IMG/VR virus record: IMGVR_UViG_2974521131_000001
Coordinates: 19,725 to 83,724 of that record
Reading direction: 5' to 3' (one strand)
DNA length: 64,000 nucleotides
DNA from: a virus
Lineage: Duplodnaviria > Caudoviricetes
Shown: piece by piece, positions 53,413-61,723 of the stretch
Layout: every line of letters begins with the position of its first letter
How positions within the stretch are numbered: the first letter of the stretch is position 1
Made by a program: the position numbers and the translations under genes
Notes under the pieces: model-generated
Seen by the model: only the letters and a program-made list of their open reading frames with translations
What the model was told of the DNA's origin: nothing
The model's database searches: none

Positions 53413-53961
53413 TCAGATGTTGGGCGGCGTGAACGGTGGTGCCATTGCCGTCTCCAGGTAACTGATCCAGGCCTCACAGAAGCGAATGACCTTCTGACGC
53501 TTCTGCTCTGGGGTCCGCTTCATGCAGTGGCTGCACATCCGGTACCCGCTTGCCTTGACATCTTCCCGGTCCACACCGGCCAGCTCAGGGCGAGCTGACA
53601 CCAGCGTGTGCAGGCCGATGGTTCGACAGAAGATGGTGGTGTGTACCGAACCACTGGCCACCTGGAAGTAGCAGTCGAACAGACCGTCGTTGAGGTAGCT
53701 ACGCATGGCGTACCTCACCTGGGAGGCTAACCCCTTGCCCTCCAGATCCATCAGGTGGACCTGGTCCCACATCTCATAGGATGCAATGCGATCCCGTCGC
53801 CTGCGGAATGCTCGAATCTCGTTAAAGAGGTTCGCGTATTCCAGTGTCGCCTCGGCCATGTACTCTTTGCTGAGAGTACGGTTCCAGCCAGGCACTGCTT
53901 TCAACCAACCTTCCATCATGGTGCTGCGCGTAAGTGGTGCGCGGGTTGATTTTACTTGCAT
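53413..53961 (-). CDS. Hypothetical protein
   Basis: GAAGGGA RBS; VH....C..CSHC. Confidence 0.6.
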   Translation of the reverse strand: MQVKSTRAPLTRSTMMEGWLKAVPGWNRTLSKEYMAEATLEYANLFNEIRAFRRRRDRIASYEMWDQVHLMDLEGKGLASQVRYAMRSYLNDGLFDCYFQVASGSVHTTIFCRTIGLHTLVSARPELAGVDREDVKASGYRMCSHCMKRTPEQKRQKVIRFCEAWISYLETAMAPPFTPPNI

Positions 53962-54023
53962 TTGCTATCTATTCCCTTCGACAGGTTCGTGAGGCCTGCC
54001 CTTGCGTGAGGCAAGTGGATTTG

Positions 54024-54084
54024 CTGAACACAGCAGAAAGCTGCCGGATCGAATATGGACCCGGCAGCTTTCCTCCCTGCTCAG
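54024..54084 (-). repeat. Intergenic hairpin element E1
   Basis: CTGAAC ACAGCA [stem] CTCC CT GCTCAG (+ strand). Confidence 0.85.
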
Positions 54085-54432
54085 TTACTCGACGGTGACT
54101 TCTTGCCCGTTGTAACCCATGTGGTGCAGCTGGATGTCGAAGCTGCCCTGAAGGTTGCTGCGAGCGAACTCCTCGAAGTCCTCCCTGATCTTCGCCTGAT
54201 CATCAGGGTCGATCCCGAAGTCACGCGCCCAGGCATCCAAGTCAAGGCCGGTCACCTTGACTGTGAACGCGAAATCATCCTGGCCCACCAGCTTGAGCCT
54301 CGGATCATTCTCGCGGTCGAAGACCCCGACCCGGCCATGGTCGAACTGCACCCTGACAGAGTCGTCAACCACGAGGTCGACGTAGCCCTGGTTTCCGTCA
54401 TGTGACACACGGTCACCCCTGTTGAGCTTCAT
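54085..54432 (-). CDS. Hypothetical protein
   Basis: ATGA overlap; stop abuts E1. Confidence 0.65.
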   Translation of the reverse strand: MKLNRGDRVSHDGNQGYVDLVVDDSVRVQFDHGRVGVFDRENDPRLKLVGQDDFAFTVKVTGLDLDAWARDFGIDPDDQAKIREDFEEFARSNLQGSFDIQLHHMGYNGQEVTVE

Positions 54433-54704
54433 TCCCCGACCACCTCGTTGATGTTGACGAACCCCACAATGCCCCCACCAGGGACCACGTAGGCAGCCGA
54501 CAGTGTGTCGGGTGAGCCATGGCCGTAGCTCTGGACCACGTTGGCCATGTTGAGGATCTTCTCGCCGGTCATCTTGCGCGAGAGAGCGTCCAGCGTGGTG
54601 CGGGCGATCTCCATATCGGCTACGCGCTCCGTGTACCGGTAGGTGCCCTCGTTGGTCTTGGTGGCCTCAGAATCAGTGACCACTACCAGCTCGATGTCGT
54701 ACAT
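54429..54704 (-). CDS. Hypothetical protein
   Basis: Extended RBS variant. Confidence 0.65.
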   Translation of the reverse strand: MYDIELVVVTDSEATKTNEGTYRYTERVADMEIARTTLDALSRKMTGEKILNMANVVQSYGHGSPDTLSAAYVVPGGGIVGFVNINEVVGE

Positions 54705-54788
54705 AATTTCCCTTCTGCCGTGTGTGTGTGATACTGGGAAAGGAGACCGATCCTAGATGCGAGTACACCTAGGATCGGCCCCTCGGGA

Positions 54789-54878
54789 CTACCTACGGTA
54801 GTGGTTGACCAACTGAACGGTCGCCCACATTGAAGGTGGAACCGCGAGGAGCAGGGCGATGGCTTGCCAAACTGACAT
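54789..54878 (-). CDS. 29-aa membrane peptide
   Basis: Read manually; AGGAG RBS; MSVWQAIALLLAVPPSMW. Confidence 0.5.
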   Translation of the reverse strand: MSVWQAIALLLAVPPSMWATVQLVNHYRR

Positions 54879-54932
54879 CGTCCTGTCTCCTTTCCTCCTC
54901 GCCCCACGGACCTTCCGTGGTGGCATCTCTGC

Positions 54933-54989
54933 GTGAACAGAGCAGAAGCCCACCAGCGCCTATGTCTGGTGGGCTTCCTCCCGGCTCAG
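54933..54989 (-). repeat. Intergenic hairpin element E2
   Basis: GTGAAC AGAGCA [GAAGCCCACCAG/CTGGTGGGCTTC] CTCC CG GCTCAG; contains upstream TGA. Confidence 0.85.
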
Positions 54990-55174
54990 CTTTCTAGCCG
55001 ATCAACCTTGTCGTCGCAGCGCTTGCAGATCGGCACCTTCCCGAGTATCGGGTGGTCACGTAGCCCGTTGGCATGGTTCCCGCATCTGGCGAACCACTGG
55101 CACAGCGCCTCATAGTCGGGGTCATCCTCGTGACCGACGGGGTAGACCCGTGCAGCCGTGTCTAATCCGGCCAT
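54986..55174 (-). CDS. Small Cys/His-rich protein
   Basis: CQWFARC..HP..ICKRC. Confidence 0.6.
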   Translation of the reverse strand: MAGLDTAARVYPVGHEDDPDYEALCQWFARCGNHANGLRDHPILGKVPICKRCDDKVDRLES

Positions 55175-55371
55175 TCCGTATTCCCTTCTCGGGTGTCCTC
55201 CGAATCGTCCAGGATCTCAGCGCCACCCATGGAGTCGATGTCCCTGATGCGCGCCTCTACATCCCGTAGATCCAGCATGTATAGCCCAGGAAACCCCACC
55301 CGCGTGATCATGCCCCGCAGAGTGTCGGCGTACTTCTGTGCCTCGTCGCGGGTCAGGTCATCGACATACAC
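55162..55371 (-). CDS. Hypothetical protein
   Basis: GTG next to upstream stop. Confidence 0.5.
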   Translation of the reverse strand: MYVDDLTRDEAQKYADTLRGMITRVGFPGLYMLDLRDVEARIRDIDSMGGAEILDDSEDTREGNTEWPD

Positions 55372-55372
55372 G

Positions 55373-55654
55373 TCACAGCTCCCTGTTGGCGTTCCACACG
55401 TCGCACACAGCCTGGGCATAGCTCGCCCCAGCTTCCGTGCGGTCGCTCAGCTCGTCCTTCTGCTCTTCGGTCAGCTGACCGTTGATCACGTTCCGCAGCG
55501 CCTCGTTTTCACGCTCCAGCTGCTGGATCTTGTCGTACTTCTCCCGCTCGAAGACGAGGCTCATCACCTCCATCTCTTCGGGATCGTGGGGATCGAAGTC
55601 GATTCCGGCCACCCAGCCGTCCCCCTGGACGTATCCGTCCTCGGTATATGGCAT
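55373..55654 (-). CDS. Hypothetical protein
   Basis: Extended RBS variant. Confidence 0.65.
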   Translation of the reverse strand: MPYTEDGYVQGDGWVAGIDFDPHDPEEMEVMSLVFEREKYDKIQQLERENEALRNVINGQLTEEQKDELSDRTEAGASYAQAVCDVWNANREL

Positions 55655-55684
55655 AGCTCTACTTCCCTTCTTCGTGTTGTGCTG

Positions 55685-55738
55685 CTGAGTACAGCAGAGC
55701 GTCAACAGCTCTCGCTGCTGGCGCTCCTCCTTACTCAG
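55685..55738 (-). repeat. Intergenic hairpin element E3
   Basis: CTGAGT ACAGCA [stem] CTCC TT ACTCAG. Confidence 0.85.
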
Positions 55739-55949
55739 TCGCCTTCTTGTATTGCCGCAGCGATACTGTCGCATCGATCCCCGACAATTTCAGCTGATGC
55801 TGGACCATCTCGAGGATGGTTTGCCGGATGTCGGATCGAGCACCACGCCTACCGACTGTTCCATAGTCGGCTGCGTAAGAGTCCAGATCAATCCGAACAA
55901 CCAGCGGCACCGGCACCTCATCTAGCGGTTTGGCTGGCTTACCTCTCAC
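55731..55949 (-). CDS. Hypothetical protein
   Basis: GTG start at 55949; stop inside E3. Confidence 0.55.
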   Translation of the reverse strand: MRGKPAKPLDEVPVPLVVRIDLDSYAADYGTVGRRGARSDIRQTILEMVQHQLKLSGIDATVSLRQYKKATE

Positions 55950-56196
55950 TCGCAGCCCGCCCGGTCGCGAAGTACAGCGGCCAGTCGACCAGCTCGCGGA
56001 CCAGATCGGCCACCTTGGACGCGGGGATCTCGAGCGGGTCTCCCACGTCCACAGTGTGGCCGTAGTCGAGCGTGCGCCCGTTGTCTGACTCCCTGGTGAT
56101 GCGTTCGGTCTTCTGGATACTGAGACCCTCGAGGGTGCCGTCAGCGTTCTCCAGTGGCCGCACATCGTATTTGGTGATCTTGCGATCCTGTGCCAT
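55939..56196 (-). CDS. Hypothetical protein
   Basis: Extended RBS variant. Confidence 0.65.
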   Translation of the reverse strand: MAQDRKITKYDVRPLENADGTLEGLSIQKTERITRESDNGRTLDYGHTVDVGDPLEIPASKVADLVRELVDWPLYFATGRAASER

Positions 56197-56219
56197 CTCA
56201 TTCCCTTCTGTGTGTGCTC

Positions 56220-56275
56220 CTGAATAGAGCAGAGCGCCAACAGGATTGCTCCTGCTGACGCTCCTCCATATTCAG
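56220..56275 (-). repeat. Intergenic hairpin element E4
   Basis: CTGAAT AGAGCA [stem] CTCC AT ATTCAG. Confidence 0.85.
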
Positions 56276-56279
56276 ACGC

Positions 56280-56360
56280 TCAGCCCCGTTTCAACAGGGC
56301 CTGTATGCCAGCGCAGAACAGCGCCAGCAACGCGGCCAAGACCCACATGGCACCGCTCAC
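56280..56360 (-). CDS. 26-aa membrane peptide
   Basis: Read manually; GGAGG RBS; GTGA overlap. Confidence 0.45.
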   Translation of the reverse strand: MSGAMWVLAALLALFCAGIQALLKRG

Positions 56361-56854
56361 GCGTAGACCTCCTCAGGCCTACTGGCGATGGTGTGGGCCA
56401 GCCCAGCGAGCATGCACGGGTTCATGTAGGCACGGTGAGCCAGCACAGCTGCCTCGCGCCCGGTCTCGTACCCGCGATTGCACGCGGCCACCTCGAACCC
56501 GTCGGCCTGGTCGGTGTGGACGGATCCCAGCCAGCTCTCAGGCCACAGGATTGCCGTCTCCCAGTAGTCCATGTGTCCACCGAAGTACTTGGTGGACACC
56601 ACGACATCGCCGACACCCTCGAGTGTCACTGTGTCCTTGAACCACACAGGCATCACGATGACGGTCACGGGGACCACGACACCGCCGATTCTGGACGCGG
56701 CCCACAGTCGCTGCGTGAGCTTGTGGATCGTGTCCACGATGCCGGGAATCAGCCGGTCATCATCGATGGCATCGCCGAGCATGCCTGGCACATCAGCCAA
56801 TTCGTCTGCGATGTCGTAGACATCCCAGCGCTGCACATTCTTGGTGTTCTCCAT
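56357..56854 (-). CDS. Hypothetical protein
   Basis: Exact extended RBS. Confidence 0.65.
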   Translation of the reverse strand: MENTKNVQRWDVYDIADELADVPGMLGDAIDDDRLIPGIVDTIHKLTQRLWAASRIGGVVVPVTVIVMPVWFKDTVTLEGVGDVVVSTKYFGGHMDYWETAILWPESWLGSVHTDQADGFEVAACNRGYETGREAAVLAHRAYMNPCMLAGLAHTIASRPEEVYA

Positions 56855-56949
56855 GTTTCTTCCCTTCTCCGTGTAGGTGTCCGTTCGGCCACCAAGAAAG
56901 GGCACCACAGTTGCCTGTGATGCCCTCCCCAAGCTGCCGACCAGCTTTG

Positions 56950-58023
56950 TTACGCGCCAACCAATTCCGGCATCTCCAGCACCTGCGACAGAGCCGACAG
57001 GGTCGCCCCGTCAGATGCCGCGAAGTCGCCACGGATGGCACGGTCGTACACACGCTCCAGACGAGACGTGCCACGCACAGCCTTGCCGTGGTGCTCGTAG
57101 GTGCTCACCGCCTGCAGGACACCAAACGCGGTGCCGTCGAACGGTGCGCTCATCGGATCCGTGGTGAAGTAGTGGTCCAGCTGTTCCCGACGGTTCTCGG
57201 TCTTGGTGACCTTCGCCTTCGAGCTGTCAGCCGGTGCAGGCGGCTCGATGATGTCCATCACCTTCAGCTGCTGCTTACGACTCACCGGGATCGAGGCCAG
57301 CATCCGCGTGAAGTCCTGCATCTCATGCGCAGACTTGTCCAGGATGGACAGAGCCTCACGCACGCCAGCCAAATGCACGCTGTTCATGCTGTTCACGGTG
57401 TGCTTGACCTTGTACTGACGACCGGACGCCTTCGCCTCAGCCTGAATACCCTGAAACATGTTGTCGCAGATCAGCAGTCGGTTGAATGCCGAGTACGTCG
57501 TTGCGATGGACCCATCCAGGGAGGTCTGAGCCAACAGGAAGGGCCAGAACTCCAGCCCCGTCTTGTCGTCGTGCATGGTCTCATCCAGGCCGATCTCGAC
57601 AGCCGCCTGTGCGCCGTTCTTGAGCGTCAGTGCGGAGAGAATCGAGAGTCGATCCTGAAGGATGTTGCTCACGTTGCGGATCAGCCACGTCTTGTAGTCG
57701 TGGATCTGGTATCCCTTGCCGTGACGACCGAGTTCGGAGTAGTCATCAGACCGGACGATGCCCTGAGCACCTTCCGTGATGGTGTACCGGGCCGGTCGCC
57801 CGTCGGGCAGGATGATCACGCCGGGGTCGCCGATCTCATCGACGCCTACCGGGATGAAGTTGCCCGTGGGGACACTCATGGCGTGCCAGTCGAACAGCTG
57901 CCGTTCCACCTCAGCGACCGGGATCGGTCCCTCGTAGGTGGGCAGGGTGCCGTCCGTCTTGCCGATCCAGGTTCCACGCTTGGACGTGTTGCCGATCAGT
58001 GCGTGAGCGGTACGAGTTCCCAT
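56950..58023 (-). CDS. DUF932/TIGR03299 phage-plasmid protein
   Basis: LFDW, G.GYQIH.Y, L.NGA, PFLLA.TS.DGS.AT, ICDN, KHT. Confidence 0.82.
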   Translation of the reverse strand: MGTRTAHALIGNTSKRGTWIGKTDGTLPTYEGPIPVAEVERQLFDWHAMSVPTGNFIPVGVDEIGDPGVIILPDGRPARYTITEGAQGIVRSDDYSELGRHGKGYQIHDYKTWLIRNVSNILQDRLSILSALTLKNGAQAAVEIGLDETMHDDKTGLEFWPFLLAQTSLDGSIATTYSAFNRLLICDNMFQGIQAEAKASGRQYKVKHTVNSMNSVHLAGVREALSILDKSAHEMQDFTRMLASIPVSRKQQLKVMDIIEPPAPADSSKAKVTKTENRREQLDHYFTTDPMSAPFDGTAFGVLQAVSTYEHHGKAVRGTSRLERVYDRAIRGDFAASDGATLSALSQVLEMPELVGA

Positions 58024-58073
58024 GTTCTTATTCCCTTCTCCAGTGTTACCCGTTCGTGTAACGGGCATCTGTA

Positions 58074-58136
58074 CTGAGTACAGCAGGGACCACACAGTGA
58101 TTACAGGAAACACTGTGTGACCCCCTCCCTACTCAG
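58074..58136 (-). repeat. Intergenic hairpin element E5 (loop carries GTGATTACAGGA copy 10 at 58097-58108)
   Basis: CTGAGT ACAGCA [stem] CTCC CT ACTCAG; contains upstream TGA. Confidence 0.88.
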
Positions 58137-58540
58137 ATGTAGGCCTTACCGTCGGGAGCGAGGTCGACCAGATCAGCCGATTCCACGGGCGCACCCGTGT
58201 AACCCAGCGTGAAAGTGCCTGCCTCGTAAGGGTTATAGCGGGCCTGAGTGCCCGGTAGAACGTCCTTGATACGCGGGTCATCGATATGCACCATGGTGCC
58301 GATCACGCCCGCGTGAACATTCTTACGGCGCTCACGGATAACCCGCTGACGCCCACCTTCCCGAACGGTGAACTTGGCATCGATCAACACCACGCCGTCA
58401 GCGTGGCCGATAACCTTGCCCTTGTTCTCACCCTCCCGTGCCACGAGAGACCACTGGTCACGGTGCAGGTTGCGGTATGCGAACACCTGCTGACCGGGGT
58501 CAATGTTGCGGCCCTGGTAAGAGTGAATTTCATAAGCCAT
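58133..58540 (-). CDS. Conserved phage hypothetical protein
   Basis: AYRNLH..WS, VIGH, R.RV.RE..KNVHA.V.G, YNPY. Confidence 0.75.
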   Translation of the reverse strand: MAYEIHSYQGRNIDPGQQVFAYRNLHRDQWSLVAREGENKGKVIGHADGVVLIDAKFTVREGGRQRVIRERRKNVHAGVIGTMVHIDDPRIKDVLPGTQARYNPYEAGTFTLGYTGAPVESADLVDLAPDGKAYI

Positions 58541-58570
58541 CGTTCTAATCCCTTCTCCGTGTGAGCGGTG

Positions 58571-58627
58571 CTGAGAACACCAGCAGGACAACAGGTCTCG
58601 CGAACTGTTGCCCTGAGTCACTCTCAG
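58571..58627 (-). repeat. Intergenic hairpin element E6 (variant)
   Basis: CTGAGA..CAGCA [stem]..TCTCAG; contains upstream TGA. Confidence 0.65.
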
Positions 58628-58896
58628 CGTGCGTAGTTGTCGATCAATCCCCGTTCGACTTCAGCGGGAGCGAGGCATTCCCCAGCCTCACTGAACAGCC
58701 GGAAGATGACAGCCGGATCCGACATTGGGTAGACCACCCGAATGAGTGCCGTCACGAGATTGGCGGCGTGATCGTAGGGTGTGATCGGATAATCCGCGTA
58801 GTCGATGGACTGGCCTGCCACGCGGGCATCATCTGCAGATGCCATGGCCCAGTAGGTAGTCCACGCCTGCTCCAGAAGGTCAGCGTTCTGCGACAT
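58624..58896 (-). CDS. Hypothetical protein
   Basis: TAATG overlap. Confidence 0.6.
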   Translation of the reverse strand: MSQNADLLEQAWTTYWAMASADDARVAGQSIDYADYPITPYDHAANLVTALIRVVYPMSDPAVIFRLFSEAGECLAPAEVERGLIDNYAR

Positions 58897-59024
58897 TAGA
58901 GCTCACCGCCCCGGCGCAGCTGCTGACGTACGGCACGACGGTCGGCACGCTTGAGTTGACGACGACCACCGAGACGGCGCTCACCATGTACCCCCAGCAT
59001 TGGACCGTGATTCGAAACGACCAT
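58896..59024 (-). CDS. 42-aa Arg-rich peptide
   Basis: Read manually; exact extended RBS. Confidence 0.55.
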   Translation of the reverse strand: MVVSNHGPMLGVHGERRLGGRRQLKRADRRAVRQQLRRGGEL

Positions 59025-59059
59025 TTGAATTCCCTTCTCCGTGTGTATTTTTCAGCTGC

Positions 59060-59117
59060 CTACAGACAGCAGAGAGCCCCCAGACCCGTAGACCTGGGGG
59101 CTCTCCTCCGTGTGTAG
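59060..59117 (-). repeat. Intergenic hairpin element E7
   Basis: CTACAG ACAGCA [GAGAGCCCCCAG/CTGGGGGCTCTC] CTCC GT GTGTAG. Confidence 0.85.
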
Positions 59118-59123
59118 TTCTGG

Positions 59124-59354
59124 CTACTCAGCCCGTAGCTGGCTGATCTCGTAACCCTCCATATCGCCGATCTCGTCGTCATAGTTCGACGGATTCGACC
59201 GCCAATCGCTGCGCAGACGTTGACCAAACGCGTTGTAGCACGCGCCACACTCGCAGTCCACGTCACCTTGCCCACGGAATCGCTGAACAGTTGCGCCGCA
59301 CTGACCACAGGGCCAGCTCGAGCTACCGTCGTCGTGCCGTGTTACCTCAGCCAT
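59124..59354 (-). CDS. Small Zn-ribbon protein
   Basis: CGQCG..CECGACYN; exact extended RBS. Confidence 0.65.
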   Translation of the reverse strand: MAEVTRHDDGSSSWPCGQCGATVQRFRGQGDVDCECGACYNAFGQRLRSDWRSNPSNYDDEIGDMEGYEISQLRAE

Positions 59355-59383
59355 GGTTAGGTATCCCTTCTCCGTGTGCTGGT

Positions 59384-59439
59384 CTGAATTGACCAGGGCA
59401 GACACTGACCATAGCCAGCGCATGCCCCTACCGATTCAG
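59384..59439 (-). repeat. Intergenic hairpin element E8 (GTAG subtype)
   Basis: CTGAAT TGACCA [stem] CTAC CG ATTCAG. Confidence 0.8.
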
Positions 59440-59660
59440 GTATGAGCAACAATCCTGTACTCCGTCGAGATGGTCTCACCGGGGCGTGACAACACCGCGA
59501 ACAACACGGTGCCATCCTCGCTGAGACTGGTCGACCAGCCGCCGTCGCCATACGTCCATGCGATATGACGCAGCTGCCTACCGGCATCATCGCGGGTCAG
59601 TAGCGGGTACGGCGTAACAGTCTCACCGGTAGCCCGCTTATGCGTGATGTCATAGAGCAT
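59436..59660 (-). CDS. Hypothetical protein
   Basis: Exact extended RBS; stop inside E8. Confidence 0.6.
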   Translation of the reverse strand: MLYDITHKRATGETVTPYPLLTRDDAGRQLRHIAWTYGDGGWSTSLSEDGTVLFAVLSRPGETISTEYRIVAHT

Positions 59661-59685
59661 TGTGTTTCCCTTCTCCGTGTGAGGT

Positions 59686-59739
59686 CTGAATTGACCAGAA
59701 GGCACACCTATTGCTAGATGTGCCCCCCTACCGATTCAG
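59686..59739 (-). repeat. Intergenic hairpin element E9 (GTAG subtype)
   Basis: Outer parts identical to E8. Confidence 0.8.
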
Positions 59740-60443
59740 GCCACCGGCTGGAATTTCCGCGCCGATACTCCGTGAACTTCAATGCTGATAGACGCGCTGC
59801 GCCCATTGCCATTACCGCCGCACTGCATGCAGGTGATGCACTGCACCGTTTCGCGAACAGTGGCAGGGCATTCCACCAGGCCTACAGGTTTTGGTGCGCC
59901 CAGTGGACGGGGGACAAATCCACGCCACCCTGCTTTGCGTGCATCACGGTAATCCTGGACGGAATCACAGGACGCCATGCACAGCTGAGAGAAACGCGGG
60001 TCAGCCTTACGCCACTGGTGTGTGTATCCCGTGACCCCGTCGGACGCGTCAGCAATTGCTTGCCACACATCGAACGGTGCCGCTACCGGGTCACCATAGG
60101 CACCGATTCGCAGCTTGCGACCGGCGAAAGCAGACAGATCCAGCGGGAGGACGTTGCCACGTTCCCATGCACGCCACACAGCGGTAGGCGTACGGGGGTT
60201 GACGTAGCAGACGCCATTACCGCCAGACGCCACGCTACGAAAAGGGCAATCGCCGCACACGGCGGTGTCCTGCCCTTCATAGATTGCGACATTCGGCGGC
60301 ATATCTGCCCGCAGAATCCACGTCTGAACCATGTTGCCCGTTTTGCGGTTCTTCGACTTGACAGACGCCAACACCACAATGGGAGTGACGCCGTCAACCA
60401 TCGAGATACCTTGCCAAACAAGCATGGTTTGGTACTGAGACAT
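59736..60443 (-). CDS. Cys-rich conserved phage protein (GP88/radical-SAM-like suggested)
   Basis: N.KTG.MVQT.I, CGDCP..CYV, R.G.YGDP, GYTHQW, CPA..C..C..C. Confidence 0.65.
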   Translation of the reverse strand: MSQYQTMLVWQGISMVDGVTPIVVLASVKSKNRKTGNMVQTWILRADMPPNVAIYEGQDTAVCGDCPFRSVASGGNGVCYVNPRTPTAVWRAWERGNVLPLDLSAFAGRKLRIGAYGDPVAAPFDVWQAIADASDGVTGYTHQWRKADPRFSQLCMASCDSVQDYRDARKAGWRGFVPRPLGAPKPVGLVECPATVRETVQCITCMQCGGNGNGRSASISIEVHGVSARKFQPVA

Positions 60444-60472
60444 TGGTTGTTCCCTTCTCCGTGTGTGTTGTG

Positions 60473-60530
60473 CTGAAGACAGCAAAAACCCCCTAGATCG
60501 AGTGACCTAGGGGGTTTTCTCCGTGTTCAG
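60473..60530 (-). repeat. Intergenic hairpin element E10
   Basis: CTGAAG ACAGCA [AAAACCCCCTAG/CTAGGGGGTTTT] CTCC GT GTTCAG. Confidence 0.85.
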
Positions 60531-60535
60531 AACCG

Positions 60536-60997
60536 CTACAAATTCCAGGGCTCAGTGGTGAATTCCGACAGTCTCGGATTCTTGCCCCGACGGGCGTAGT
60601 CAGCCTGATTCACCAGTAGTTGCACCTGTTCAGTGCGACCGGCGAACAACACGCCCACCTTGCCCTCAGGGACATCCTGTTGCCCGGCACCCCATGCCGC
60701 GATAACGAACATCTCACCGGCATCGAGAGCCGACTCGATAGCGTCAGCCTCAGCTTGAGCAGCCTTAGCAGGTGCCTCGCACTTGTCATGCATGTGCTTA
60801 CCCCCGCGTGACGCATAGCAGCTGGCACACAGTGCCGGGGCGATGCAGTACGGGAGACGTTGCCGCACATTGCAACGGAGAGTGTCATCCAACACTGTGT
60901 GTGGACACTTACGCCGTGCAACACGGACGCCGTCAGCCGACGTTTTGCCGCACTTATCGCAGCAGAGACGACCGGCGTAATCGTAGCTATATCCCAT
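60536..60997 (-). CDS. Cys-rich hypothetical protein
   Basis: Exact extended RBS. Confidence 0.65.
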   Translation of the reverse strand: MGYSYDYAGRLCCDKCGKTSADGVRVARRKCPHTVLDDTLRCNVRQRLPYCIAPALCASCYASRGGKHMHDKCEAPAKAAQAEADAIESALDAGEMFVIAAWGAGQQDVPEGKVGVLFAGRTEQVQLLVNQADYARRGKNPRLSEFTTEPWNL

Positions 60998-61027
60998 GAT
61001 TCCGTTCCCTTCTCCGTGTGTACTGCC

Positions 61028-61085
61028 GTGACGACAGCAAAGGGCACCTAGACCATGTGACCTAGGTGCCCTTCTCCGTATTCAC
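61028..61085 (-). repeat. Intergenic hairpin element E11
   Basis: GTGACG ACAGCA [AAGGGCACCTAG/CTAGGTGCCCTT] CTCC GT ATTCAC. Confidence 0.85.
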
Positions 61086-61094
61086 GTGTTGCTG

Positions 61095-61148
61095 CTAGAT
61101 ACAGCAGGGACCACACTGGCAAGCCAGCGTGACCCCCTCCCTATCTAG
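61095..61148 (-). repeat. Intergenic hairpin element E12
   Basis: CTAGAT ACAGCA [stem] CTCC CT ATCTAG; contains upstream TAG. Confidence 0.85.
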
Positions 61149-61480
61149 TCAAGTTCTGCAGGATCGATCGACAGGATCGACAGTTCATCACTGTTTTCCT
61201 CAGCCCATTCCCCGACGTGTTCGGGGAAGAGGTCGGAGTTCTCACCGCCCCCGTAGCTGCGAGACTCAGCGCATGCACTGAGAAACGAGAACAGGGAACG
61301 TGATGCATCTGCCACGTCTGCCTCAGCACTGCAGCCCGACCGAATGTCGTTACCGACGTACTGCCAGTCTGGCGTGGTGATGATGTACGTGTACCGCTGC
61401 CGGTAGGCACGAAAATCGGGGTCAAAATCCTGCCCGTCGTGCTCCACCTTGACAGTTGCGTCACCAATGGTGAATTCCAT
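61145..61480 (-). CDS. Hypothetical protein
   Basis: Exact extended RBS; stop inside E12. Confidence 0.65.
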   Translation of the reverse strand: MEFTIGDATVKVEHDGQDFDPDFRAYRQRYTYIITTPDWQYVGNDIRSGCSAEADVADASRSLFSFLSACAESRSYGGGENSDLFPEHVGEWAEENSDELSILSIDPAELD

Positions 61481-61508
61481 GTTTCTGCCCTTCTCCGTGT
61501 GTTGTGTT

Positions 61509-61562
61509 CTAGGTACAGCAGAGACAGCACTAGTTGCCCAGTGCAATCTCCTCCCCACCTAG
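61509..61562 (-). repeat. Intergenic hairpin element E13
   Basis: CTAGGT ACAGCA [stem] CTCC CC ACCTAG. Confidence 0.85.
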
Positions 61563-61723
61563 CCACGTTTTGCCGCGTGGTAAGCCATGAGAGCGGCATC
61601 GATGTCCCGATAGCTGGCCATCTCAGCCAGCTCACGAATCGGATCAGTCGCGATACCACCACCTAGCTCACACGTCGCAGCGTGCGGCAATGTGCTGTCA
61701 TATGCAGTCAAGCAATCGCACAT
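61559..61723 (-). CDS. Hypothetical protein
   Basis: Exact extended RBS; stop inside E13. Confidence 0.6.
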   Translation of the reverse strand: MCDCLTAYDSTLPHAATCELGGGIATDPIRELAEMASYRDIDAALMAYHAAKRG

